Assembly (NCBI GenBank): GCA_951406725.2
Contig: OX597822.1
Coordinates: forward strand, 56,482,001 to 56,546,000
Direction of reading: 5' to 3'
Length of the DNA stretch: 64,000 nucleotides
Origin: Octopus vulgaris
Lineage: Eukaryota
Under the pieces are notes generated by a model. It searched no databases and had not been told where the DNA came from. It saw only the letters and a list, made by a program, of their open reading frames with translations. The position numbers and the translations under genes were made by a program. Shown piece after piece: positions 27,262 through 41,924 of the stretch (positions are counted from its first letter, which is position 1; the number at the start of each line of letters is the position of its first letter).

Positions 27262-27965
27262 GGTTGAGAAATATCGTTATAGGTATAAATATGCCATAAA
27301 CAATTATAGAAAAATGGAGAATAAAAAGATGTTGAATTAAAATTAGATTCAATACAAAATAGAATACAATACATACGCACGTTTCAAACGACAATACAAA
27401 TATGTAAGAAAAATCTTAACCACAGTATATATAATTAAATTTATGCATTGTTATTTTCATCAGTGTGAGGAATTTTTGTGAGGACATCAAAAAAAGTTTA
27501 ATAAAATAAGATTAAAATAAAATACAATAAGGGGGAATACAAAGGGGGTAATAGGGGAAAAATCGGATATTTACAAGCAAGTTGTAAAAGGAGACATGTC
27601 TGTCTTTTTGTCTCTCTTACTATTATTATTACTGTTATTTTTCTCTTTTTACAACTTGCTTGTAAATATCCGATTTTTTCCCCATTACCCCTTTTGTACT
27701 CTCCCTTATTTTACTTTATTTTATCAAACCTTTATTGATGTCCTTACAAAAATTCCTTACAATGAGGAAAATGACAATGCATAAATTTAATTTAATTACT
27801 ATGGTTATAATTTTTTCTTACATATTTGTATTGTCGTTTGAAACGCGCGTGTGTAGTGAATCATATTTTGTATTAAATCTGATTTTGATTCAACATCTTT
27901 TTCTCCTTAATTTTTCAATAATTGTTTATGGTATATTTATACCTATAACGATATTTTTCAACAAC
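27262..27965. repeat. About 700-bp fold-back (inverted repeat) with a hammerhead-like motif in each arm
   Basis: 27262-27593 is the imperfect reverse complement of 27642-27965. Minus-strand motif at 27371-27466 with an intact core; the plus-strand motif at about 27757-27855 has core substitutions. Confidence 0.8.
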
Positions 27966-28094
27966 TATTTTCATATCCTTATTACTTACTCTGGGTGTTT
28001 TTTTTATGAATATGATGAATCGTTATTAGAAAACATTCTTTCTCTCTTTTTGGACCTCTCAAAGTTTGAATTGCTCTTTTTTAAACTTATTTTT

Positions 28095-28180
<86 letters not shown>

Positions 28181-28287
28181 ATACACATATACATATATTC
28201 TTATATATATATTCACACACAACACACATACGTATATATGCTATTATATATATACATACATACATATATATATACATACATACATAC

Positions 28288-28318
<31 letters not shown>

Positions 28319-28794
28319 CATACATACATACATACATACATACATACATACATGCATACATACATACATACATACATACATATCTGTGTGTATGTGTGTA
28401 TTATTATTAATTGTAAACATTTTGATTAACAGAGTGACGTATTATGATTATGCAGTTTTATGTCCTAAGGTTTGCAGCTATAACGCCCCTAACGTTTTGG
28501 GAAAAATAAATATCATTAAATCATCTAATGTGGCTTCTTTTTGTTTAAGATATGATATGATTTAGGAGAGATTTATCTGGTATTTCTTGCAGCGCAAACA
28601 CCCACTTAGATGCTGTTGTACTGGCTCGAAAAGCTTTCATTGGAATATACTAATGAAAAGAAAATGTGAGGAAAAAATATAAATAGATATATTATAGATA
28701 TATTATAGAAATTTCTCGCACGGCAAGTCTTCTAGTCGTTAAAAAGTTAGTTTATTTATTCCCGACATTTGATAATTTCTAACACACTATCTCA

Positions 28795-28854
<60 letters not shown>

Positions 28855-29228
28855 GCATGTGTGTGTGTGTGTGTTTGCGTGTGTCTCTCTCTCATTGCAT
28901 ATTCTACAACCAAGACTAGACAAGCATTCATACACACATACGCACGCGCCAGCACACCTACACACATACAAACACACTCAATAACGCACACACACCTGTA
29001 CATATATATACATTCTTGTCAGGTGTCCCAGATGAACCAACTTCACGGCAGGAGGTGCAGATGAGGGCAGCTGCATCGAGCTCTCTCATGCACCAAATGG
29101 CAATTGCTAAAAAGCATTCGTGAAGTAAAATCATGTAGCAACACCAAATGGCGGTGCCCCAGCATGGCCACAGCTTGTGAGCTGAAACTAGATAAAAATA
29201 AAAATAAAAATAAAAAATAAAAATAAAC

Positions 29229-29280
<52 letters not shown>

Positions 29281-30215
29281 CAGCGTGCTACCTTAGGTAA
29301 GTGTCTTCTAATATGGCTCTCGGGCCTACCGAAGCCTTGTGAATGAAGATTTGGTAGACGGAAACTGAAAGAAGCCGGTCGTATACACACACGTGCACAC
29401 ACACACACACACACACAAGTGTTTATACTGTTGTATTTAATCATTTATGCTTTCCATTGTAACTTTTCTGAAAATTTCTTGTCAAGTTATAATGTAAACA
29501 CAAATCAAAGATGAAAATGAGTGTGAAAAATTTAGTGTTTCACATCTATCGTCAATTGAACTTACGTTACAGTCTGTAAACTTCTCTACGATGTAACTGA
29601 AGCCAATAAAGACCCACACCAACTTGTTAATATTCCTGTTTCGATATGAAAAGTCTCTTATACAGGTACTGATGACATCTTCGTTCACACTGTGGGAACA
29701 AAGGAAAACGAGAAAAACAGATAGGAAGTAAAAACGAATGAACAAAAAAAAAAAAAAAAAGGAGAAATATAAAGGTGTATGAAAGAGCGTGACAGAAGGA
29801 GAGAGAAAATTAGGGCGAAGGCGAAAAAGGGGAAAATCAAGTTAGATATAGAGGGAGCTAATCTTGTGATAATTAATAGGTTGAAATAAAAAAGAGTACT
29901 ACACAAAAAGGTAGATAAGTAGATAATTTAAGACTTAGAAAGAGGGCGTAAAACCAAATACAGTTTGAGACATCGAAGAGGGAGTTGAAAGACCTGGTAT
30001 ATGCATGCATATACGTACACACGCATCTCCATGTATCAAAACATATTGTTTTCAATCAAATATTGTCATAAATTAATTTTCAAGCGTTATTTTTTCAAGG
30101 GAAAGAACTTCTATGAATAATGTATATAGACTGAATTATCTCCCTTGTAATATTAAAAGATAAAAACATAAATATATGATACTGTGTTGAGTCGTATGAT
30201 AGTGATATATATCTA

Positions 30216-30760
30216 TTGGGTTGTCCGGAAAGTTCGTGCCGATTTACAGTAGCTTACCTTTCGACTTATTTTAGAACATGGTTGAGTCCATAAAATAGTA
30301 TTTGACTACACCTCCATTTAGAGCAGATTTAGAGTTTATGTTCCTATAACCTGTGTTAATTCTATAACCCTTTAAAATGAAAGATAAGAAAGATCATTTT
30401 CGGCACTTGATGCTTTGGGAACAAGACAAAAATTACTGCAGCTCGGTTGGGATGTGTTACCCCACCCTCCATATTCACCAGATATTGCGCCATCGAATTT
30501 CCACTTATTCAGATCTCTGCAGAATAGTCTTAATGGTAAAAACTTAAATTCCTTGGATGACGTAGAAAGATACCTTGATGAATTATTTGCCATGAAACCA
30601 CCTCAATTCTGGGAAGAGGGTATTTTCAAGTTAAATGAAAGATGGAGACGCATTGTGCAACAAAATGGTTCATATTTGCTTGATTAAAAATGTAATGGCA
30701 AGTATTTATTGACCTTTTTCTTTCCTTCAAAAATTGGCACGAACTTTCCGGACAACCCAA
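30216..30760 (+). mobile_element. Internally deleted mariner with intact TIRs
   Basis: TIR TTGGGTTGTCCGGAAAGTTCGTGCC at both ends, TA TSD; ORF LGWDVLPHPPYSPDIAPSNFHLFRSLQN. Confidence 0.9.
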
Positions 30761-31615
30761 TATATTGAGACAAGCCAGATCAATATTTGAATATAGCATA
30801 AACATTTAGAGAAGTAGTTTTGCTACCCACTTCATTATGCCTGTATAGAATGTGGTGCCCTGATCAATGTGGATCAATCGAAAGCTTCCAATAGGGTCTA
30901 TCATAGTTAATCGGCGACTGTTACCCAAAAAATGCAGCTGGTTTAGTTACTTTTTCTGATGCTTGATCGCTGCAGTGATCGGCAACATCTGCTAGAAAGA
31001 AGAACTGCGTTAGTAGTGCCTTCAGAACTCCTGTAAAAGACTACTAGTCGAAGAGAACTTTACTGGTGGGCATCAACTAAAAACAGACACACGTAATGGA
31101 AACAACCGCAAACGCTCCAATAGTTAAGTAATTGCGAATGATTTGGACTAACATAGATTTTATTAGGATCGCCATTTTGGCCAGGCTGGAGTTCAGTTTC
31201 TGAAGGGGGCACTCGCATTAAAGCTTTCCGCTGTCTCCTCTTTGAACAGATTTGTCTTTATTCACTTTTACCAAGGAAGGTGAATAGTGAGGGTCAAGAT
31301 ATCTAGTATGATACCAGAGATGGACATTTGGTGGATTGCGGCTTAGGTCGCCCTGGAAGGTAGTATTTGTCTATTCTTGTTTATAAAAATACAAGCCGGA
31401 GAATTGGTCATGAACAGGACTGTATAGCATATTACTGGTGCAAACTAGAGCATCTGAAAAAGATTCTGAATGTAGTTAGGATGCCGAATGGAGCAGAACT
31501 GCATCTCTCATTGGAGGAAAGAAGGTCATGACGTCAAAAAGTATCGAGTATGTACCGGGTCAACGCCTACAGCCTATCATTATCATTATTATTGTTATTA
31601 TTATTGTTATTATTA

Positions 31616-31673
<58 letters not shown>

Positions 31674-31690
31674 TGTTGTTGTTATTATTA

Positions 31691-33850
31691 AGTAGTCTTA
31701 TTTTTATCACGTGCTTTCACTGCTCTACCGAGAGCAGCTCTGCGTGCCTTGGGTATGTGCATTGGTTTGTTGTGATACACTTATTTTTACTGTATTGAAA
31801 GTGTTTTACGTAGGATGTTTGTGGTACCTAGAAGTGTTATTTTTTGTATGTTATATATACTTTTTAGTCTCAGTGTTTTTGTTATGTATTTGTGTGAATA
31901 TATTTTTATCATACCTAATGCGCCTACTATGATAGAAATTGTTACTGTTTTTAGACTCCACATCCGAGTTACCTCTATTTCCAGGTATTTGTATTTTGAA
32001 AGTTTCTCCATTTTTTTAGAGAAACATTGTCATCTGTTGATATACTTAACAGAGTTCAGTTAAGTATATTGTAGCTGTAACTTATAATTGGGGTGGCTAG
32101 AGTGTAGATACCCATTACATCGATTAGAAAGCATTTTATTTTTCATGATGATCTATCACAACTATATCCGTCCTATTGGCCTTAATTTTTCTATCTATGT
32201 ATATTGGCATATCCCAGGGTATGGTTGCTTTCTGTGACCTTTTCTGGAGTATGCCTATACCACCTTTTTTCTCTTGTTATTCCATAGTGTTGGCGTAACT
32301 TCCAGTGTATATAGATCCCAACTCTGTCGTATCTGTGAATGTATTCCTTCTTAACCAGGACTGGGCAGCCAGAGACAATATGGTTTATTGTTTCTTGTTC
32401 ACCTCCACATATTCTGCAGTTTCTTGTGTTTCTTTTCATGACATGTTTTTTGTAATTTCTGGTGGGGATGCTTTGGTCTTGTGCAGCAATTAAAGATCCT
32501 TCAGTCTCTGCTTTGAGTCCCGCGCTTCTCAGCCATTGTTAAGATTTTGCTTTGTCTATTTCTTCTACCATGAAAGGGCTTTTCTTGGCGTGGTCCGTTA
32601 CTGTTCCAGTTTTAGTGTGGATTTCTGTTGTTTTACAGTTTTTGTTGTTTCTTCGTTTTCTTCATAGTTGTTAGGTACTATGACTTCTTTGTTGCATTTG
32701 TCAGCTTCCTTAAAGATGGAAAAACAGCTTTTTGTTTTGTTCGTGTTTTGTAGGTATTTGTATTAGTTTTTCTTGCTTCTGAAGTAGGTATTTCTGTAGT
32801 CCTATGGTGGACTACAGAAATACCTATTTTGTAATAGTTTTCTAGCTGTACGACGCCTCTACAACCTTGCATATGTTGTATGTATAACCGTTCTATGTCG
32901 GATTTTGGGTGGTGCATCCTAAATTCTGTCATTATTTTTCTTGCTTGCCTGTCTATTTTGATTAGTTCCTTTCGAGTTCACTTAAGTATACTGTAGCTGT
33001 AACTTATAACTGGGGCGGCTAGAGTGTAGATACCTATTATCTTATTTTTGGCATTGAGCTGTTTTCAGTATTAATCTAACTCGTCTAAAGTATTCTTTTC
33101 TTATCTTCTCTTTCATTTGTGTATGTTGTATTGTATCAAGTTCATTGATTCCTAAGTATTTGTATGTCTGGCTTTGGTCTAATTCTCTCATTTTATTTGT
33201 TTTCCTCTTTTCAAGGTTGCTTTGCTACATTTTTCTTAGCCAGCTTTCATGTTTATTACTTTGGTAAATCTACGTAATGTCTGTAGTAATGTTTCTAGCT
33301 TTTTATCATTTGTAGCGTACAGCTTTAGATCATCCATATACAAGAGGTGGCTGGTTGTTTTGCCGTAACAGTTGTATCCACTTCTAGTTCTGTTTAGCAT
33401 GTCAGATAAAGGTGTCAGTGTCAATCAGAAAAGGAGTGGACAGATTCCCTGGAATATTCCTTTTCTAATGGAGATGGCTTTGGTTTTTATGAGTCCCTCT
33501 TTTGTCTGGAGCTGCAGCACTGTCTACCATTTATTAATGCAATGTTTTATATATCATATGGTTATTGATACTACCTTGTTCATGACTAGTGTTTCTATGA
33601 TCCATGTATGAGTATTACTATCAAAAGCCTTTCGGTAATCAATCCAGGCCATACTTAGAACTTCTGCTCTTCTGAAAACAGATTGTTTTCTTCCAGATGC
33701 TTGCTTATTATCTGCGATATAATTGCAGTAATGGCTCTGTAAATTGTATGGAGACAAGTTATCGGTATATTTTGTGGGTTTGCCGTTTTAGTAGCTTTGA
33801 ATTTTAGGATTGTTTTCCTTTCCGTGAGCCATTCAGGCATTGCTAATATT
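31691..33850 (-). mobile_element. R4/Dong-like RLE LINE (RT, zinc knuckle, endonuclease), degraded, 3' end in (TAA)n
   Basis: AWIDYRKAFDS, HLLYMDDLKLY, MHHPKSDIERLY, CRICGGEQETINHIVSGC, KYKYLEIEVTRMW..IIVGALG. Confidence 0.87.
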
Positions 33851-34264
33851 TCATTAAATTTGTTCTGTTCGTACTACTCTTTTGCTCTGTCATGTCCATA
33901 CTTGTTGCAAAGTGTTCAACGGACAATTCTTGCTATATTAACATGATGTCTCTTATATTATTTCTGGGCAAGTAACATACACTGAATGGTAATATGCCAT
34001 ACAGTTTCACTATTTTGCCCTCAAATTCGGCACTTACCACTTTCTGATGTGTTGTCTATTTTGTATTTGACGTAATTGGTTCTTGATACTTGATCTTGGG
34101 CAGTACAGATTAGAAGCCCCCATTTCTAGTTTTAAATCACTTTTAGTCATCCATAGACATCTTTTTTCTGCCTGTCTTATCTTCAACATCCCTATGAAAT
34201 TGTCCATGCATTCTTTTCTTTATCTACTTATTTTCAGTTTCATTCATTCTCAAGTCCTTCGACG

Positions 34265-35240
34265 GTGCTTTATCTTTGCAAGCTTAACCTTCTTACTTCC
34301 AATAATTGCGGTTCTATGGCATTTTTTACATACCATGCTATGTTGTTTTCTTCTGCTCTAATGCTGCGTTCACATCCAATCAGTCCTCTTCCTCCTCTTT
34401 TTCTTGGTATATACAGTCTGTCTGTGTCACTTTTTGCGTGGAGTATCCCACATCTAATCAGCATCTTCCTTGTCTTTCTCTTTAAGCTGTTTAGATCGTC
34501 TACTGTCCATGCGATTACCCCTGATCCATATCTAAAGAGTGAAATCGCCCAGGTGTTGATAGATTCAATCTTATTCCGTCCGTTTAAATTCGACTTAAAG
34601 ATCAGTCTCAGCCTGCGCAAGTACTCCACCTTAAATTTTTCTGTCATTTCTTTCTCCATCAATTTATCCATTTCCAGTATCTCAAAGTATTTGTAGCCCG
34701 TTTCTTCTGCTTCATAACCTCCTCCGACAGTATCGCTAGCCCGTCTATACATTTTATTTTGCCTCTCTTCAAGACTAACACACCACACCTTTTCAGTCCG
34801 AACTTCATTCTGATATCAGTACTGAAAGTATACGCCGTATCAAAGAGGGAACTAACTTGAGATTCATCTTTACCATAATGTTTGATGTTATCTAGTGGTT
34901 GACTTTTTGTTGGCGGCTTTTGAATACATACCCTGCCTTTGTTTTCCTCAGAATCAATGTTAGTGGTATCATGCCCCGTACAAAGATCAGTGGGGACAGG
35001 CAGACACCTTTGAAGATGCCTCTTTTGATTTCTATTGCCCCTAAACTTCTTCAATATGCTGTCAGTTCCGTACTCCACTTCGCCATACATTTTCCAAGCA
35101 ATCGCTCAACAGTCGATGCAATACCAAACAGATCCATGCATTCCATAATCCAAGAGTGTGGGATCATATCGTACGCCTTACAATAATCGATCCATCACAT
35201 GGCTACGTTAGTTTTCCTCCTTTTGCAGTCTCTAAATACA
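34265..35240 (-). mobile_element. Second R4/Dong-like LINE RT fragment
   Basis: IDYCKAYDMIPHSWI, MKFGLKRCG, YKYFEILE, LNGRNKIESINTWAI, DRLYIPRKRGGRGL. Confidence 0.82.
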
Positions 35241-35389
35241 GGACATTGGAGGGTTCAGTAAGTACCCTGCAAAAAAACTTTCAAGAAAAACCCTTCCTCA
35301 CTACTCCCTCGACCAAAAAGAAGACTGTGTTAACAGTCAGCTCTGAAGACTAAGATACACAATTCCATTTTCTTTCCTCTAAGTTAAAT

Positions 35390-36440
35390 GGCTACACTTA
35401 GAGTTGACTATGTAAATATTCGAGACCTGGGTTCGGCTTGGAAGCAGGGTCAGCTGCTCAACGATTTCACGTCCCTAAATATAGATGTCACATCAAATAG
35501 GGAGACGTTAAATTGATGGAAAACATGATCTTGCAACCATTTTCGAAGACTACGCGGTATTCTCATCTTGTGATCTGTCAGGAGCAGGCGGCGGTATAGC
35601 AGTGTTATTCCGAAAATCATTAGATCTCAAAGTAAGGGCAATTTTCTTGGACCCGAACGGTAGGTTGGTGGTTCAGGTGCTGAATGGCGATGAAGGTAGT
35701 ACTCTTAGATTGGTGGCCGTGTATGCTCCGACAGGAGCTGGGAAGCCAGATTTCTTCAGGCGTCTAGAAACATTCCTGGGAACATCTCGCACTTTAGTAC
35801 TACTGGGGTGCTGGAATAGTATTTTGGACGCACGGAAGACTGTGTGGATTTAGTACGTAGTAATGGGGGGGGGTGTAAAAGCCTCGAAAACTCGTTCAGA
35901 AACTTCCAGCTTTCTAACTGTTATCGATTGAATTTCGCTGATGTGCTAGTGTGGATATGGAGCAATCACAATGGGTCATCCAGATCGCATCTACATAGAG
36001 TATTTGTTAGGTCAGCAGATAGGGATAGTATTGGGTGTCCACACTTCAAATTGGTCGGCTACACAGATCTGATGGAAAACATAAAGGAGGCGATGTAGGC
36101 ATTCGCCACCGCTGCTCGACCTTTCAAGGACAGCTTCTTCTCAGCCCATTTCTCTCCAGATTCTCAGTCACAAGCCCCTGCAACGGACTCATATTCTTCT
36201 TGAATGGAGCTGACCATCTCTAAATCGGAAGCGTCTGACATCATGACGGTTCGCGTATGCAGACACTTTCTTCCCTGTCTAGGCGTCCTATCTAAACCGA
36301 CTGTGCATCACTTACAGTGCAGTTATTCAGGGAGATGATTTATCATTTTTTAACAGTACAAAGAAAACCTTCTTTCGCGCCTGTTGATCGTGGTAGTATG
36401 GACGACCCAGAATCCTTAGATACGGTTTCGAATCTAAGCT
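35390..36440. mobile_element. Tx1/L1-like LINE: APE endonuclease (plus) joined to an inverted RT-region fragment (minus)
   Basis: Plus: GIAVLFRKS..GRLVV..LVAVYAPT..DFF..LLGCWNSILD. From about 36070, minus: WAEKKLSLKGRAAVANAYIAS. Confidence 0.7.
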
Positions 36441-38745
36441 TGGAGAAGGAAGTGTTAATTTTTACAGGTCCCTTATCGCAAATAAAGCTGTTGCGTGGTA
36501 GTAGGGCATGCTAGAAATAGCAGCCAAATCTTTCCTTTTCCTGGGGGAAGGGAACTCTTTACGCGTCATTTTCATGTCACATTTGTTGAAAGTATGCGAA
36601 ATAACCTGGAAGAGGAAAGCAAAAACTCATGAAACTCCGGTGGTGGGAAACTCCGAAATCCACTTTTCTTTTACGGAAAAAGTGGCTTGCAGCGAGTTGA
36701 ATGCACTCGAAAACACTCGTGGAAAAATATATATCACGCCGAGGTGAGAACGGGTCCTTTGCGAAATATATATATGCAGGCGCTTGGCTTAGTAAGGTCA
36801 TATGTTCAATTGCCGGCGACGCGTTATGTCTTTGAGCAAGATTCTTTATTTCACGTTGCTCCAGTTCATTCAGCTGGCAAAAATGAGTAGTACCTGTATT
36901 TCAAAGTGACACCCGTGTCACACTCTGTGTTACGCTAAATTTCCCTGAGTACTACGTTAAGGGTACATGTGTCTGTTGAATGCTCAGCCACTCGCACGTT
37001 AATTTCACGAGCAAGCTGTTCTGTTGATTATATCAACTGGGACTTGCGTCGTCGTAACCGACGGAGTGCTCGTATATGTATATATATATGTGTACTATAT
37101 TAAATTTCTGATATATCTATGCATATAAAACTGAGAATGTGTGTGTGTGTATGTCTGTCTGTCTATTTGTCTGTATGTCAGTATGTGTGCATTAATAAAA
37201 CTCGAGAACTCCCCGACCGATTTCATTCAAATTTTGCACATGCCTTACATAGGGTCTATGCAGTGTCATGGGCCGAAAAATTTCACCTTTTTGCCTAATG
37301 AGAGCACGGAACAATCTTATCTTTTACACTATTTCAACATTGTGTTGAAAGTGAAACGATAACATCTCTATTGTAATGTGAGGTACTTCCAGTTTAATAC
37401 TTTCACTATTAATACTGAAAGTATTATCTCACATATGTACATGTATATACACACACACACACATACACACATTGGGGTCAGTTTTAATTTATAGTCTTGT
37501 TTATCAAATCTTTATATATCGAAATCTAAAGCCAAAGCACAAGGAGCAGTGTCTGTTAGGAAAGGGGCTGAAGGAGTCGACAGAAATCATAGTGGGTATA
37601 CTCATAAAACTATCAAGATTAATTTGAAGCAATATAATGAGATTTCGTAAAGGAAGTCTGAAATCAAGATTAGCTGACAATTAAATGGCCAAGATTCTAG
37701 TAAACCATTGATGATAATACAGGGGAAATTTTATCATGGGGTACTATAGTTAAATATTCTAAACAATATTGCCGTCTCGTATAAAGTTAAAATTTAGGGT
37801 TATTCAGAAGATTATTAAGAAGAATATTATAACAAAAGGATAAAATATTCTTTTGAATGCTTTTGAGTATATACCAAATTTTACCACAATAGAGGGAGGA
37901 AAAGAAATTACATAGAAAAAGTTTAATATTTATACATATTAAATACTTAAATACTTACATATTAAATTATATCTATGAAGATTGATCATTGGCATATACT
38001 GGCATTTAATAAAGTAGTACTGTGGCAAAAGAACATGCTAACTATATATTAATTAAATTATAATCTAAGCAGTTTATTTTAAGTTGTGAAGATACCGGTA
38101 TTGTTTTATATAAGCCAAATATGAATTTTTAGAGGTACAAAAATTAGGTTTATCTTATAAATGCTATTATAAATTAATAAAATGATCGGGTAGGCTAGAA
38201 CACCATAGAAAAGAAATAAAATAGCTTAATCACTAAACCATGATGAAGTATATATACCTTATTGACAATAGAGAAGACTTATAGAAAATGTATAATAATT
38301 CAAGTATTTAAACTAAAAATTGTTTATTTATTTATTTAGCTTATATCAATAAAGTCTGATGCCTGGTATTAGCTAAAGGAATATTGATGTTATAGGACAT
38401 GCTAACTATATACTAATTATAAACTAAGGGGTATATTATAGGTTTTAAAAGATTTTTGTGTGTTAATCCAAACATGATATTGTAGTTTCATAGGGGTACT
38501 TAATTAGAAGGGCTATTTACATGAAGGCTCTTATAACTACTAAGATCAGGAGGTGAAACACTTTAAGAAAGGGATAAATAAAATAATTACTAAAACCATG
38601 ATGAAAGTTGATCAACTAAGCAGGAAAAATTCATATGGATAATATACTTTGTTTAGCACGCTAACTAACTATACTATATAGCTTTTATTATATTGTAATA
38701 TGTTCAAAGTGCTTTAGTTTCTACCTAAAAATATTAAAAGTAAGT

Positions 38746-39166
38746 TAAAGGCGGCGAGCTGGCAGAAACGTTAGCACGCCGGCTAAAATGCGGAGCTGTA
38801 TTTCGTCTGCCGTTACGTTCTGAGTTCAAATTCCGCCGAGGTCGACTTTGCCTTTCATCCTTTCGGGGTCGATAAATTAAGTACCAGTTACGCACTGTGG
38901 TCGATGTAATCGACTTGATCCGTTTGTCTGTCCTTGTTCGTCCCCTCTGTGTTTAGCCCCTTGTGGGTAGTAAAGAAATGGGTATTTCGTCTGCCGCTAC
39001 GTTTTGAGTTCAAATTCCCCCGAGGTCGACTTTGCCTTTCATCCTTTCTAGGTCGATAAATTAAGTACCAGTTACGCACTGGTGTCGATGTAATCGACTT
39101 TATACCTTTGTCTGTCCTTGCTTGTCCCCTCTATGTTTAACCCCTTGTGGGCAGTAAAGGAATAAG
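38746..39166 (+). mobile_element. tRNA-derived SINE with internally duplicated body and 17-bp TSD
   Basis: A-box TGGCAGAAACG, B-box GAGTTCAAATTCC, domain GGTCGACTTTGCCTTTCATCCTTTC present twice; TSD AAATATTAAAAGTAAGT at 38729-38745 and 39167-39183; empty site in the left arm at about 20105. Confidence 0.88.
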
Positions 39167-39774
39167 AAATATTAAAAGTAAGTATCAATCAATACAATTC
39201 GAAGAGGTATAAAGTGCTTCTTTCGAAAATATTTAAAAGTACAGGTGACACTATGTCCGCATGACACTCTAAGATCAAATCTATTATTAATCAGGTTGCC
39301 TTTATTTTCGCTGTGTTCTATGGAAACATATGACATTTTTAAGTATAAAGATAAAGGCAATAAAAAATTTTACGGATACAACTGCTTACAAAAATAGGGA
39401 TTGATGTATAATTTCTTCTTCATAAGTGTTCATAATTAAATCAATGTTTTAATGATTACACAGAGGTCCAATACAATAGTTCTCAGAAACATAGTTCGTA
39501 CAAATACGTCAATCATCACGACACGCACCTTCACTCACTCACTCACCCTCTTTCTCTCTCATATACACACGCGCAAGCACGCACGCACACACACACACGT
39601 CCACGTTTGCTCTGCTATTAAAATAACCAGTTGCTCACACAGCTGGCATATACCATTTCGCTAGCAACAAGGTGAGTACAAAATGACAGTCAGCCAAAAC
39701 TTTCGCTATGCTGTCTTTCTTCTTCTATCTCACATACACAAGCGCAAGCACGCACGCACACACACACACACACG

Positions 39775-39863
<89 letters not shown>

Positions 39864-40412
39864 CTATTTCATATATCTTCCTTCAATTTCTGCTCTCTGA
39901 TTATACGGAGGTGCAATACAATAACTCTCGGGTACATTTTCTTCTCTAAAAAGGTACGCGTATAAGAATTACTTATTCGACACTTCTTCACTTAGCTTTT
40001 ATCTTCACTCTTCTTAAATTGGATACGTCTGTAGCAGAAGTTTGGCAGTACAGTTAAAAATCATTTCTGTTTTACTTCTTGCAGACAATAAATTCTTACA
40101 GCTTCATTTTTTGGTGATGATTGAAATGTCAAACATTCTCTAACTGTTAAAGCAATTCTTAACGTCAACTTTTGCTTGCGTCTCTATAGTTACAATTTCT
40201 CATTCAAACTACATGATAGGCAGAATTGTCGGATTAAGACAGTAGGGTGTTTTGAGGGAGATTTGGCTGCTATTTCTACCAGGTCTAGCTACAATGTAGA
40301 GGTCTGAGCTTAATTTTCATTCACGTATTTGCATTTCAAAAATTTAACATAATCTTTTCCATAAATCAACTATCGTAAACATTTTATACGATTACCTCAC
40401 ATTTTCTATGTA

Positions 40413-41742
40413 TACTGGCGAAAATAAAGTTAAGACTGGTGATAAAAGTTCTATTTCTTGCAAAATATTTTGTTACTAACACCATACAAGTTATTTTTAT
40501 CTTTTATACCTTATGCAGAATTTATTTCTCTTTCGAATGATTCAGACAATAACTATTTTATACAACTTGAAGAATTCAATATAAATGTTTCAAATTTACC
40601 GGCAAAATTAGTTTAAGATCGAATCATTATAATTTTTTTTAAAGCTTAAGATTGTAGCAAAAATGAGCAACAAGAACGAAATACATATTAGTACTTTGTG
40701 CCATAGCCTTTATTCCTAATAACGGCTGGACAACGCCTCAGCATTGAATTCGCTAAGTGATTACAAAATTCTATGGGAATGTTTTGCCATATTTCATTGA
40801 TATAATCGAATAATTGTTTTAGATTAGATGGTTTTTTAGCATGGACTTTTTTGGAAACATAATTCCACAAGTTCTCGATCGGATTCAGGTACGGGCTCTG
40901 GGGAGGCAATTAGATTACGACAATTTTATGGTGATCAAAAAATTCCATAACTTTTTGGCTCTGTGCACAAGACTATTGTCCTTCTGATAAATAGCCCCCG
41001 AAGGCATTTGGTGAGTCAAATACAGTACAACATTATCCTTTACTAGATTCATATAACTTACACTATTTAGCTTTCCATCAACTTTAACTAGAGGGCCAAC
41101 ACCAAAGCTAATAAATGCCGCCCACACCACCACAACCCCACCACCCGCTTGCGCTGTCTTTTTCACGCATTTCAGACGGAATTCCTTGGTTGGGCGACGC
41201 CTGATGTATGTTTTACCATCTGATCCAAATATACAGAAGCGTGACTCGTCACTCCAAAGGACCCTGCACCAATCTTCGGCAGTCCACTGAGCATGGCTTT
41301 TTGCAAAATTAAGGCGTTTGAGTCGATTTCTTTCAGATATTATTCGTTTTTTCCTAGCGATTTGTCCGTATAGTCCAAATTCTCACAAACGGTTGCGGAC
41401 GGATTGTGGCGTAAAAATAAATCCATTCTCGTTCGACAATTGTTTACAAATGTCAACGGTTGTCAGCATTCGGTTGCCTTCCGAAAGTCGGTCGATTCGA
41501 TAGTCCAACTGTGCCGTCGTTTTTCTTGGGGCGCCAGTCCTTTGCCGATCTTTATATTGACAAGTCTCCGAGTATCGAATTCTTCAAGTTGTATAAAAAT
41601 AGTTATTATCTGCATCATTCGAAAGAGAAATAAATTCTGCATAAGGTGTAAAAGATATAAATAATTTGTATGGTGTTAGTAGCAAAATATTTTGTAAGAA
41701 ATAGAACTTTTATCATTTGTCTTAAATTTATTTTCGCCAGTG
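40413..41742 (-). mobile_element. Tc1-family DNA transposon with about 170-bp TIRs, transposase frameshifted
   Basis: TA-flanked (C/T)ACTGGCGAAAATAAA termini; VLWSDESRF, VVWAAF, YQKDNS, PPQSPYLNPIENLW (DD34E-type). Confidence 0.9.
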
Positions 41743-41924
41743 TATGTGTGTGTGTGCCTTAAAAGACGTCAATCATCACGACAAACACCTTCACTCACTC
41801 ACTCTATCTCTTTTTCTCGCCCTCTTTCTCTCTCACATACACACGCGCAAGCACGCACTCACGCGCACACACACACACGCAAACACATACACACACATAT
41901 ACACACCCACGTCCACTCCCTCCG

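Noticed and set aside
27735-28565. 276-aa hydrophobic ORF
   Set aside because: It runs through an AT-rich fold-back arm and microsatellites, with no domain motifs.
38750-38840. tRNA-like A/B boxes here and at 18940, 24640-24712, 43340-43410 and 58000
   Set aside because: They are SINE heads without a complete cloverleaf, not tRNA genes.
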